From the NCBI GenBank assembly GCA_965208105.1, contig OZ242318.1, positions 3,232,001-3,296,000 of the forward strand: 64,000 bases of DNA, in the 5' to 3' direction. The stretch comes from Candidatus Latescibacterota bacterium (GTDB lineage: Bacteria; Latescibacterota; UBA2968; UBA8231). Positions 10,551 through 19,962 of this stretch are shown piece by piece (position 1 is the first letter of the stretch; every line of letters starts with the position of its first letter). Below the pieces are notes generated by a model, which worked only from the letters and a program-made list of their open reading frames with translations, was not told where the DNA came from and did not search any database. A program made the position numbers and the translations under genes.

Positions 10551-11689
10551 TTCTCTTTCAGCAATTCTCGGTAAAATTTCACCAATTTCCTCCCCTGGGA
10601 ATCCCAGTTGTATTTGCGGATTACGGCCGCCCGGCCCCGGTCTCCCATTTCCTGCCGCAAAGTACCGTTCTCCAGCAACTGCACCACTGCCTGCACGACC
10701 GCTTCCTGATTCAGAGGGTCAACGAGGAAACCACACTCCGCATCCTGGACAATTTCCCGCCAGAGGGGAAAATCGGAGACTACCACCGGTTTGCCCATAA
10801 TCATATACTCGAACAATTTTGTAGGCAGTGAGTAGAGGTAGTTCGGATCGGGGTGCAGTAGAACCAGCCCGATGTCGGCGTTCAGAATCTGATTGTGCAC
10901 TTCAAGATGGGAAACCGGGCCGAGGATCTCTACATTTTCATCAATGCCGTATTGGGCAATCAGTTCCCGCGCATGTTCCTTTTCGACGATTGAGCCGAAT
11001 GGTCCCACCAGGCGCAATAGAAGGTCGGGTTGGGCACCCTTGAGCCGGTGGATCAATCCAAGCATTTCGTAAAGCCCCCTGAGGGAGGTGATGCTACCGC
11101 AGTATATCAGAACAGGTCCGCGCCGGCTCTCGGGTCGAGCAGCATGGTAGAGGTGGGAATAGTTTGTGAGAGGATAGTTCAGTACGGTGAGCGTGTTTTT
11201 CCCTGGATAGTACTTTTCGTAGGCGCAATCCGCCAGAGTAAGGCCGTCGATAAAGCGCAGAGAAATGAACTCGAGCAGGGAATAAAGGCGGGCAACCAAG
11301 GGGCGGAGTGGTGCAGGCAGCCATTCTTTGTTGTGGATTGAAATTGGTACGTCTTCGTGGACGTCGTAGATTACCTTGCATTCGGCAAGCAGCTTGAGCA
11401 GGACCCCGGCGGGGAGTAGTTCGGGGTCGTGAAAGGCGTAGATTCTTGCCTTCTGGCGCAGTGCCAGGTTCAATGTGGACAGTATCCGCACCAATCTGTG
11501 GAGTCGATTCCTCGGTCTTGGTACGGATATGATGTGAATGCCTTTTGCCCCGGCCTGGCCGGGCTCGTCAAGCGCAATGACCGTCACGCGAAAGCCGGCC
11601 TGAGCCAAGGTAAGGGCCTGCTTCCTGACCACGCGTACATCGGAAATGGAATGGACCGTGCTGAGAATGCAGATCCGGTCGGACGCCAT
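10535..11689 (-). CDS. Glycosyltransferase family 4
   Basis: FHDPELL, YDVHED, SLPTKLFEYMIMGKPVVVSDFP; start placed at MASDRICIL. Confidence 0.9.
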   Translation of the reverse strand: MASDRICILSTVHSISDVRVVRKQALTLAQAGFRVTVIALDEPGQAGAKGIHIISVPRPRNRLHRLVRILSTLNLALRQKARIYAFHDPELLPAGVLLKLLAECKVIYDVHEDVPISIHNKEWLPAPLRPLVARLYSLLEFISLRFIDGLTLADCAYEKYYPGKNTLTVLNYPLTNYSHLYHAARPESRRGPVLIYCGSITSLRGLYEMLGLIHRLKGAQPDLLLRLVGPFGSIVEKEHARELIAQYGIDENVEILGPVSHLEVHNQILNADIGLVLLHPDPNYLYSLPTKLFEYMIMGKPVVVSDFPLWREIVQDAECGFLVDPLNQEAVVQAVVQLLENGTLRQEMGDRGRAAVIRKYNWDSQGRKLVKFYRELLKENQPPE

Positions 11690-11905
11690 CAGGACTCCCG
11701 GGAGTTGGCGGCGGAGTAGACCGGGTGGAGGAGTGGCATCTTGACCTTCCGAGCTTCCGGGGGATTTCCGGGGATTAATCCATTGGTCGGACATGCTCCC
11801 CCATAATCTTGACATATTTCAGGGGCTCGGTTATTGTGTAAACTTTGAAACCTGCTGTCAATAAAACACTTGAAATACAATCCTTCAGAATCGGGGAAGA
11901 TAGTT

Positions 11906-13621
11906 GTGGCAGCGTACCTGGGTCTTTTTGACGGCCACAATGCGGCCGCGTCCCTATTCTTCAACGGCCGCATCCAGAAAGCCGTTCAGGAAGAACGGCT
12001 CACGGGAATAAAGGATTTCTATGGTCCTCCTGAAAAGTCAGTACGGGAGGTCATGTCGTTGACGGGTTTACACCCGTCCGATGTAGACCGGGTTTGTGTC
12101 GCCTCTAAATACGTTTCACTTCCACGTCCGCCAAAATCTGCAAAGGCCGCATTTGACAACCGCTACCATCGCAATCTTCGCCAGCAGGCCTTGCGCACGC
12201 TTGCCTCGACAGGAACCTACAGAAATTTCAGGGCAAGGCAGCGGATGCAACAAAGAGCGGCCCTGGTAGAGGATTGGGGATTCAGCCGGGACAGGGTGGA
12301 ATTTTTCGATCATCATCAAACCCACGCCGCCAGCGCTTATTTCGGATTGAGAAAAGACGACAGCCCCTACCTGGTTTTGACCCTTGATGGGGGTGGAGAC
12401 CGCCTATCGGGATCAGTGTGGGTCGGGGCCAGCGGTGAGTTGAAAAAGATCGCGATGATTCCCCAGGAGGACAGCCTTGGCGAAATCTATGCCGTTACCA
12501 CCCACCTGCTGGGATTCATGCCTCTGGAACACGAATATAAGTTGATGGGCATGGCGCCCTATGCGTCGGAAGAGCATGCAAAGAGTGTAGCGGGAATCTT
12601 CCGCACATACCTCGACCTGGATGAGAAGAATCCCTTGCGATTCAAGAGAAAGGTCCCCGAGCCGCTCGCATGGATAGGGCCGCGCCTGCAGAGAGATCTC
12701 AAGCGCATGCGCTTTGACAGCATTTGTGCCGGCCTCCAACTGTTTACGGAAAATGCGATTGTAAGGTGGGTCCGCGCTTGTATCGATAAGACGGAAATAA
12801 GGCGGATTTTAGCTGCAGGTGGAGTGTTCATGAACGTGAAGGCCAACAAGGCTATTTCCGAATTGGACGGGGTCGAGTATTTCGAGGCCTTCCCTTCCAG
12901 CGGGGACGAGTCTTTGGTTTTCGGTACGTGCTATTTGGCGGCGCGATCCAATGGAGAAGAGGTGTTGCCGCTGGAGCACTGCTACCTGGGCAACGATCTG
13001 ACAGAGGATGAATGCAGGAAGGCCCTGAGTAACTTCAATGAGTTCGAGATAGAAGAACCTGGGGACATGGGATTGAGGATCGCGGAGATGTTGGCATCCG
13101 GAGAAATTGTTGCAAGAGCTTCGGGCCCTATGGAATTCGGCGCAAGGGCTCTCGGCAACCGTTCCATACTGGCCGACCCCATCAATCAGGACGTTGTGAG
13201 AATCATTAACAGGATGATAAAAAACAGGGATTTCTGGATGCCATTTGCTCCCGTTGTCATGCGCCGGGAGTCTTCGCAATATTTTGCAAATCCCAAGAGC
13301 CTGCCTTCGCCGTATATGATGAATACATTCAGTTCCACTGACAAAAGAGATGAATTTATGGCTGCCGTCCACAACGCAGACCTGACGGCCCGACCGCAGC
13401 TTTTGGAGCAGGGGCAGAACGGTGCATACGAAGAAATACTGCATCATTTTGGCAGGATGACCGGCCGACACGTCTTGTTGAATACCTCCTTCAATCTGCA
13501 TGGTTATCCGGTCGTGTGCAGGGCGGCCGATGCCCTCCACGTGATGCTCAACTCGGGGCTCAACAATCTTGCCCTGGGCCCTTACCTTGTTACGAAAAGA
13601 AAAAAAGAAGGAATCAAGTAG
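11906..13621 (+). CDS. Carbamoyltransferase (NodU/CmcH/TobZ family)
   Basis: GHNAAA, QEERLT, HHQTHAASA, LDGGGD, EYKLMGMAPY, AGGVFMNVKAN, EFGARALGNRSILA, NTSFNLHG. Confidence 0.95.
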   Translation: MAAYLGLFDGHNAAASLFFNGRIQKAVQEERLTGIKDFYGPPEKSVREVMSLTGLHPSDVDRVCVASKYVSLPRPPKSAKAAFDNRYHRNLRQQALRTLASTGTYRNFRARQRMQQRAALVEDWGFSRDRVEFFDHHQTHAASAYFGLRKDDSPYLVLTLDGGGDRLSGSVWVGASGELKKIAMIPQEDSLGEIYAVTTHLLGFMPLEHEYKLMGMAPYASEEHAKSVAGIFRTYLDLDEKNPLRFKRKVPEPLAWIGPRLQRDLKRMRFDSICAGLQLFTENAIVRWVRACIDKTEIRRILAAGGVFMNVKANKAISELDGVEYFEAFPSSGDESLVFGTCYLAARSNGEEVLPLEHCYLGNDLTEDECRKALSNFNEFEIEEPGDMGLRIAEMLASGEIVARASGPMEFGARALGNRSILADPINQDVVRIINRMIKNRDFWMPFAPVVMRRESSQYFANPKSLPSPYMMNTFSSTDKRDEFMAAVHNADLTARPQLLEQGQNGAYEEILHHFGRMTGRHVLLNTSFNLHGYPVVCRAADALHVMLNSGLNNLALGPYLVTKRKKEGIK

Positions 13622-13860
13622 AGAGATACCGGGTTTTCCTGTACGGCTTCTCCTGCCCTTTGCAGGTTCGCAAATTTGCCCCCTCCATACAGGCGGGCCT
13701 TCTTTCTCTGGCGTCCCGTTCGGAGAATTCGCGGGTTCTTTTCCGGCCCGGGTTTTGGGGATATCGAATCCGGTCAGGGCCTCCCTCCCAGTGATCCTCT
13801 GGCAAATCTTCAGGTACGAGACCTATGCACTATGATCCTTCAGAATGTGGGCAAGGTTGC

Positions 13861-15006
13861 TTGCTGAGCCTTTTGCTCTGGGCCTCGGTCCTGGTGATTG
13901 GCTATTCTTACCTGATTTATCCCGGGCTTCTTTGGATCATGACCCTTCGCAAGCGTCCTCCGACCTACGCCGAGTTTGTCGAGTGGCCAACGGTCTCCTT
14001 GATTCTCGCGGCCCGCAACGAAGCAGCTGTTATCAAGGAGAAAATTGAGAATTCGTTAGCTCTTGATTACCCCAGGGACAAACTGCAGGTAATCGTGGTG
14101 TCGGATTGTTCAACGGATGGCACGGACGAAATCGTCAGTGGTTTCGAGGAAAGGGGAATTGAGCTGTGCCGCATGGATGCCCAATCGGGCAAGACTACTG
14201 CCCAGAATGCGGGGGTAAGGATGGCATCCGGTGAAATTTTGGTTTTCTCAGATGCCAACAGTATGTACGCGGTCGATGCATTGCGGGAATTGCTGCGTCC
14301 ATTAAGCGACCCGGAGGTGGGTTGTGTTTGCGGAGAATTGCGCTACCTGAATCCGGAGGACCAGGGGGCTGGGAAGGGGGAGGGGATGTACTGGCGCTAT
14401 GAGCAATTTCTGAAATGCCGAGAGAGTCTGTTGTGTTCCACCTTGGGCGCCAATGGTTCGATTTACGCCCTTCGCCGCGGGTTGTTCGAAGAACTGGGAT
14501 CGGACATAATAAGTGACTTCATCATGCCGGTCCGCGTTTGGCGCCGGGGATATAAAGTAGTTTACGCACCTGGGGCCATAGCCACCGAGAAAACCGGAAC
14601 CAGTTTCCAGGACGAGTTCAGGCGGCGAAAACGCATCGTCTCGCGTAGCGCACACAGCCTGTGGACGGAGGCGGAGATTCTCAATCCATTGAGCAATGGA
14701 ATCTTTGCAGTTCAAATGATTTCTCACAAGGTTCTGCGTTGGCTGGTTCCAGTTTTTCTGATAGCAATTCTTGTCTGCAATGTTTTTTTGGCAGGCAGCA
14801 GGCCGTACAACCTTCTCCTGATTTTCCAATTGGCCTTCTATGGATTGGCTGTACTGGGAAATTTGGAACAGAGATTTCTGGGGCGGCGCATGTTGGTGTA
14901 TTTGCCAGCCTACTTCTGCGCCACGAATTTTGGCGCTCTACTTGGTCTGTGGAGTTTCCTGACCAGGCGCAAGCACACTGTGTGGCAGCCAAAGAGGCGC
15001 GGTTGA
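13861..15006 (+). CDS. Glycosyltransferase family 2 (membrane, CESA-like)
   Basis: AARNE, VVSDCSTDGT, FSDAN, GANGSIYA; flanking TM helices; start uncertain (13825 or 13861). Confidence 0.9.
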   Translation: MLSLLLWASVLVIGYSYLIYPGLLWIMTLRKRPPTYAEFVEWPTVSLILAARNEAAVIKEKIENSLALDYPRDKLQVIVVSDCSTDGTDEIVSGFEERGIELCRMDAQSGKTTAQNAGVRMASGEILVFSDANSMYAVDALRELLRPLSDPEVGCVCGELRYLNPEDQGAGKGEGMYWRYEQFLKCRESLLCSTLGANGSIYALRRGLFEELGSDIISDFIMPVRVWRRGYKVVYAPGAIATEKTGTSFQDEFRRRKRIVSRSAHSLWTEAEILNPLSNGIFAVQMISHKVLRWLVPVFLIAILVCNVFLAGSRPYNLLLIFQLAFYGLAVLGNLEQRFLGRRMLVYLPAYFCATNFGALLGLWSFLTRRKHTVWQPKRRG

Positions 15007-15009
15007 GCC

Positions 15010-16476
15010 ATGTCTAAATTTCAAAGACGGGTTTTTCTCCTCCTCAGTGACTTTCTCGCCATCAATGCAGCATCGGTATCCTTCCTGTGGATGAAATTCG
15101 CCGGAAATCAGCTCGAAAATGTCGAGCTTGGGTGGCGGCGGCTCCAACCTTCCGCAGATGGCGGCACTCCCCCCTTTTGGTTCGTCCTGAATCACTATCT
15201 CTACGACGCAATTCCCGCAATTTGCGTCTGCTGGCTGCTGTTCTTCGCGTTCAACGGCATGTATCGGGCCCAGCCTACCCTTTCTCGATTTGACGAGGTA
15301 GTATCCGTCTTCAAGGTAGTCACGGTTGGGACGCTGCTTTGGTTTATCGCTACCTTCAACCCGGAACAACCATTTCCCCTTACCCGGGCGTTAATTTTTT
15401 CTTACTGGCTTACTTTGATCGGGCTGCTCTCCGGTGGCCGCGTGGTCATTCACAGCATTCAGCGCCAGCTGCTGGTTCGGGGAATCGGTTGGCGCAACAC
15501 GGTGATCGTAGGGACGGACGAAAGGGGAGAACGGCTCTCTCACCACTTGAAGCTCTCGCCGGCACAGGGATTCAACGTCATTGGATTCGTGCGCACTCAC
15601 CGTGGTGAAGAAGTGGCTGCGGTAGGAGAGGTTCCTGTACTGGGTCGTGTATCGGACCTTGGCGAGATCATCTCCAGATTCCAGGTAGAAGTGATTCTGA
15701 TTGCTTTGAAATCTAACTCACACGAGGAGATTCTGGAGATCGTCGACGCAACGGGTGGAGAGCAGGTCTCCTTCGGCATCACTCCCGACCTGTACGATAT
15801 CGTCACCGGGCATGTGCGAACCAACCAGATTTACGGTGTGCCATTGATGGAATTGAAGCCCGAGCTCATGCCGACTTGGGAACAGGCAATAAAGCGCCTG
15901 ATCGATACTGCCGTGGCGGTATTGGTCGGGGTGGGCCTGGCGCCATTGTGGATTTTGGTTGCGCTGGCCATTAAAATTGATTCGAAAGGACCGGTGTTCT
16001 TTGGACAGGAACGGGTGGGAAAGGAGGGCAGGATATTTAAAATGTACAAATTCCGTTCCATGGTCCCTGATGCGGAAGAGTCCACTGGACCCGTATGGGT
16101 GAAAGGGGAGGATCCGCGGATAACGCGGATCGGCCGTATCCTGCGGGCCCTGCACCTGGATGAGATTCCCCAGTGCATAAACTTTTTTAAAGGCGATATG
16201 AGTTTGGTAGGACCGCGGCCTGAACGCCCCTACTTCGTCGAAAAGTTCAGAAAAAACATCCCTCTCTACATGCGGCGGTTCAATATAAAACCTGGTCTAC
16301 TTGGTTGGGCTCAATCCAAGCACGAGTTCGACATTAACTCGAGCAATGTCGAGGATATTGCCCGAGAGCGACTGGAGCACGATCTTTACTATATTGAGAA
16401 TATTTCGCTTAAGCTGGATCTCAAGATCATGCTGCGGACTGTCTGGTTCGTGATGGCCGGCAAGAGCACGCGCTAG
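15010..16476 (+). CDS. Polyprenyl-phosphate sugar phosphotransferase (priming GT, WcaJ-like)
   Basis: N-terminal TMs, Rossmann-like domain, KRLID, YKFRSM, LDEIPQ, MSLVGPRPE. Confidence 0.93.
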   Translation: MSKFQRRVFLLLSDFLAINAASVSFLWMKFAGNQLENVELGWRRLQPSADGGTPPFWFVLNHYLYDAIPAICVCWLLFFAFNGMYRAQPTLSRFDEVVSVFKVVTVGTLLWFIATFNPEQPFPLTRALIFSYWLTLIGLLSGGRVVIHSIQRQLLVRGIGWRNTVIVGTDERGERLSHHLKLSPAQGFNVIGFVRTHRGEEVAAVGEVPVLGRVSDLGEIISRFQVEVILIALKSNSHEEILEIVDATGGEQVSFGITPDLYDIVTGHVRTNQIYGVPLMELKPELMPTWEQAIKRLIDTAVAVLVGVGLAPLWILVALAIKIDSKGPVFFGQERVGKEGRIFKMYKFRSMVPDAEESTGPVWVKGEDPRITRIGRILRALHLDEIPQCINFFKGDMSLVGPRPERPYFVEKFRKNIPLYMRRFNIKPGLLGWAQSKHEFDINSSNVEDIARERLEHDLYYIENISLKLDLKIMLRTVWFVMAGKSTR

Positions 16477-16600
16477 TGAGCTGTCATCAGCAATGGTCGC
16501 CCCTCGCCCCCCGTCCATCTGGACTAATCGACCCGGAGGGAATCCTGCCCACCTTGCACCGCGCCGGCGCCATTCTGGCGCGTCCATGGAAGCCAGGACC

Positions 16601-17293
16601 TTATGACGACGGTCCTTTGTCCAGTTGTTTCCTCCATTCTTTCCACGTGGCCATAGAAAAATCCGGTGAATTGAAGAACGCGAAAATTCTAGACTCTCTT
16701 GCTCTGATTTCACCGGACATGCGCAGAACGTCCTCGGCATGCTCGGGGGGGATGCGGACGCACCCGTCGAGGTCGGCAAAAATAAGGTCTCCAGGTTGAA
16801 TGCGGACCTGTCCCACGGTAACGGGGACATTGAGCCGGGTCAGGTTGAAGACACCGTGGCCTGGAACGGTCCCCCAGGCGAACATTGGAAGTCCTACCTT
16901 TCGAATGCCTTCCAGGTCGCGTATGGTGCCGTCGACGACGGCTCCGACTACCCCGAGGCGCTTGTGCATGGTGGCCATGCCATCCCCGAAACTGGCGCCG
17001 CGTCCTGGGCGGGAGTCCGCGTCTTTCATTACTGCGACCAGAGGAGCTGACGATTCGTCCAGGTAGTCGTAGTAGTCGTCCCAGGGCAAGGCAGGAGAAT
17101 CCGGGTCGTTGGTGGTAACCTCGGTCGTAACTGCATAGCCAACCACCGGGCCGAATTCGGGAAGAAGGTAGCGGATCTCGTGGCTGGTGTAGTCTTCATT
17201 GGGGAGGCCGAGTTTTTTCACCATGGCGTTGAACACTGTGGGCGAGTCGAACTCTTTGAGACCTTCCAGGACTTCCGGTTTTACGCGCTGCAT
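16601..17293 (-). CDS. RraA/HMG aldolase family protein
   Basis: VVGYAVT, ASFGDGMA, VVDGTIRD, PGDLIFADLDG; AAGGAG RBS upstream of ATG 17293. Confidence 0.88.
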   Translation of the reverse strand: MQRVKPEVLEGLKEFDSPTVFNAMVKKLGLPNEDYTSHEIRYLLPEFGPVVGYAVTTEVTTNDPDSPALPWDDYYDYLDESSAPLVAVMKDADSRPGRGASFGDGMATMHKRLGVVGAVVDGTIRDLEGIRKVGLPMFAWGTVPGHGVFNLTRLNVPVTVGQVRIQPGDLIFADLDGCVRIPPEHAEDVLRMSGEIRARESRIFAFFNSPDFSMATWKEWRKQLDKGPSS

Positions 17294-17401
17294 GAACGTG
17301 CTCCTTTCGAGGGCGGAAGACAGGGTGGAATAATTTCCATCTGAAGGAAAAATTACGCTATACAAGGCCCGGTCTCAACGGGCGGTCTGCGAGAACATCT
17401 C

Positions 17402-19081
17402 ATGAGGCATTTCAGCCTGGTGGTATTGTACATGACAATGGCGGGTTGTGCCGTGTTTTCGGGCAGGGAAATAGCACCTGTCCGGGATATGACACTCCTT
17501 CCTCCACCGGTGTTGATGGATGGGATAGGCAACAGCCGATTTCCAGTTACCACCCGTTCAAGGGAAGCCCAGGCATATTTCAACCAGGGAGTGTCCCTGG
17601 TACATGGGTACTGGTACTTCGAAGCGTGGCGTGCCTTCAGGGAGGCGGCGCGGTTGGACAGTTCCTGCGCCATGGCCTACTGGGGGATCTACCAGTCGAG
17701 AACGGGGAACAATAAAAACAGAAAGGAAAAAAGTTCGGCGTTGAAGAGAGCCAAAGCACTGGCCTCAAACGCCGGAGAGCGCGAGCGGTACTACATAGGT
17801 GCAATAGCGCTTCTCGACTCATTGGGGGGCCGGGAGGGCCGCCTGGCCTTCATAGATAAAATGGGAACATTGATTGAAAGATATCCGGAGGATGTGGAGG
17901 CCAAACTATTTCTGGTGCGCTTCTTGATGAAAAACCGCAAACTGGACGCGGACTCGGGCGGCGAGGCACCCAGCCGGAAGGAGATCCTGCGCAACTTGCT
18001 GGTTTCCCATCCCGACCATCCGGCCGTCCATCACTACTGGATACACACAGTCGAGTCCAAGAATCCACAGGCCGGGCTGGAGAGTGCGGAAAAATTGCCT
18101 GAGCTATGCCCCAATGCCGGGCACTTGATGCACATGCCTGGTCATATTTACTACCGCATGGGAAACTACGACAAAGCGCGCCGTTCCTTCGTTGCTTCAT
18201 TCAAGGTCGACTCCACATATATGGCCCAACAGAATATCCCGCCAGCGAGAACCTGGAATTACCTTCACAACCTCAACTATCTGGTCGCAAACTGCGCCGA
18301 AAATGGCCGCTACAGGGAGGGATTGCAGTGGGCCCGGGTTTTGCAACAGGTTCCGTTGAATCTCCAAAGGCCCATAACCTTCTTCCAGGGCCGATTGCCC
18401 CTGGTCAGGCTGCAGATTCGATATGGATTTTGGAAATCGGCCTTTGAGAGTCTCTCCGAATTAGTTGAGAACGACACTCTGGCTACAACTTTTGCCAGCG
18501 ATTACTGCTTGGGTCTTCGGGCTTATGTGAGCGGAATGGCGGCGGTGGAAAAAGGGCGGCTGGACGAGGCAATCAGTAGAAGCGAGAAGCTCGAGGAGTT
18601 GAACAGGGAGATCGCGGCGCGGAAGAAGGCCGCCAGGGGCAAGTTCTATAGTAAAAGGAGGAAGAATTTTTTGGCTGCCATTTCTCTCGATCTGCAGGGG
18701 AATATCCACAGTATCGCGGGAGAGCACGAGCAGGGTTTCGAGGTCCTGGAAGAGGCGATAGAGAAGAAGAAGACATTGGGATACTCAGAGCCTCCGTTGT
18801 ATTCTCGTCCAGTTTTGGAAAGTCTGGGAAGTGCTCATCTGCGAGCCGGGGACTTTGAAAAGGCCCGGGCGGCGTATGCGCGAGTGATGCAGGAAAGACC
18901 CGGAAGTGGACACGCTCTCCTGGGCATTGCCCGATCGCATGCACTTGGTGGTCAGGAAGTCGAAGCAGGCGCCGCATACAAGGACTTTCTGGAGAGTTGG
19001 GCCAATGCCGACGATTATTTGCCTCAGGTGCATGAGGCGCGGGAATGGTTGAGAACGCATGGAGCAGACAGCGCGCCGTGA
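17402..19081 (+). CDS. TPR-repeat putative lipoprotein with His-rich motif
   Basis: Lipobox-like MAGC; AQAYFNQG, CAMAYWG, HPAVHHYWIH, GHLMHMPGHIY; helical TPR-like repeats. Confidence 0.8.
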   Translation: MRHFSLVVLYMTMAGCAVFSGREIAPVRDMTLLPPPVLMDGIGNSRFPVTTRSREAQAYFNQGVSLVHGYWYFEAWRAFREAARLDSSCAMAYWGIYQSRTGNNKNRKEKSSALKRAKALASNAGERERYYIGAIALLDSLGGREGRLAFIDKMGTLIERYPEDVEAKLFLVRFLMKNRKLDADSGGEAPSRKEILRNLLVSHPDHPAVHHYWIHTVESKNPQAGLESAEKLPELCPNAGHLMHMPGHIYYRMGNYDKARRSFVASFKVDSTYMAQQNIPPARTWNYLHNLNYLVANCAENGRYREGLQWARVLQQVPLNLQRPITFFQGRLPLVRLQIRYGFWKSAFESLSELVENDTLATTFASDYCLGLRAYVSGMAAVEKGRLDEAISRSEKLEELNREIAARKKAARGKFYSKRRKNFLAAISLDLQGNIHSIAGEHEQGFEVLEEAIEKKKTLGYSEPPLYSRPVLESLGSAHLRAGDFEKARAAYARVMQERPGSGHALLGIARSHALGGQEVEAGAAYKDFLESWANADDYLPQVHEAREWLRTHGADSAP

Positions 19082-19196
19082 ACCTCAGATTAGAAGAATC
19101 CGGGCAGGGCGCTATGCGAGCAAATGCACCTCAATGGGTCGCTGTCAAGTGAATTTTCGCGTCAGGGAGCCTGGAGCAAGCGGGCGGTAGGAAAAG

Positions 19197-19234
19197 GAAA
19201 GGTCCCGGCAGAACTGCTACTGCCGGGACCTTTC
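19197..19234 (-). terminator. Intrinsic terminator for the GDGDGC-repeat gene
   Basis: 15-bp stem gaaaggtcccggcag / ctgccgggacctttc, 8-nt loop, followed by CTTTT on the minus strand. Confidence 0.75.
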
Positions 19235-19281
19235 TTGGATATAGGCGCGGCCTCCATGGAAAAAGGCCGCATTGTTCCAGG

Positions 19282-19845
19282 CTAATTGCCGCAGCCGTCA
19301 CCGCAACCGCCGCAGCCGCAACCGTCGCCATCACCGCAACCGTCGCCATCACCGCAACCGTCGCCATCACCGCAACCGTCGCCATCACCGCAACCGTCGC
19401 CATCACCGCAACCGTCGCCGCAGCCGCAACCGTCGCCATCGCCGCAACCGTCGCCATCGCCGCAACCGTCGCCATCGCCGCAGCCATCACCGTCGCCGCA
19501 ACCGTCGCAGCCGTCGCCGCAGCCGCAACCGTCACCGTCGCCGCAACCGTCGCCATCGCCGCAACCGTCGCCATCGCCGCAACCGTCGCCATCGCCGCAA
19601 CCGTCGCCATCGCCGCAGCCGTCGCCATCGCCATCGCCACAGCCGTCACCGCCGCCACAACCAGCACCCTCGCCATCACCGTCACCGCAGCCGCCACCGC
19701 CCTCTTCCGCTGTCGCGGACAGGATGAGTGTGGAGTTGGCAGCAGTTGAGGTCTGTTCCGTCACGTCAAATCCATCAGCCCATGCGGCGCTGCTGATGAA
19801 AACCATCAACACCAACGCACAGAAAGAGTTAAGTAATTTTGCCAT
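19282..19845 (-). CDS. Secreted Gly/Asp/Cys tandem-repeat protein, (GDGDGC)n
   Basis: GAGGAG RBS before ATG 19845; signal peptide MAKLLNSFCALVLMVFISSAAWA; about 26 Cys in the repeat region; TAG stop then terminator. Confidence 0.8.
   Translation of the reverse strand: MAKLLNSFCALVLMVFISSAAWADGFDVTEQTSTAANSTLILSATAEEGGGGCGDGDGEGAGCGGGDGCGDGDGDGCGDGDGCGDGDGCGDGDGCGDGDGCGDGDGCGCGDGCDGCGDGDGCGDGDGCGDGDGCGDGDGCGCGDGCGDGDGCGDGDGCGDGDGCGDGDGCGDGDGCGCGGCGDGCGN
19288..19695. repeat. 18-bp coding tandem repeat (ccgcaaccgtcgccatcR), about 20 copies with variants
   Basis: Directly visible; variants ccgcag/ccgcaa and tca/tcg, with periodic 6-12 bp interruptions. Confidence 0.95.
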
Positions 19846-19962
19846 AAGTATTCTCCTCAGGGGTAAGGGTGGTGGGATTTCGATTCTCTGTTGAGGTACG
19901 ATGGACTCTATGGCTTGCAATAAAGCAGAGGCAAGACCAATCTTCCGTGAAATATTCACATT

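Noticed and set aside
19288-19695. Possible CRISPR array
   Set aside because: Contiguous tandem units with no unique spacers and no cas genes
19272-19894. Alternative frames over the 18-bp repeat: (PQPSPS)n, (RRHRRN)n, (AAMATV)n
   Set aside because: They stay open only because the repeat lacks stops. Only the GDGDGC frame has a clear RBS, ATG, signal peptide and downstream terminator. Repeat variation is synonymous in both the PQPS and GDGC frames, so it does not discriminate.
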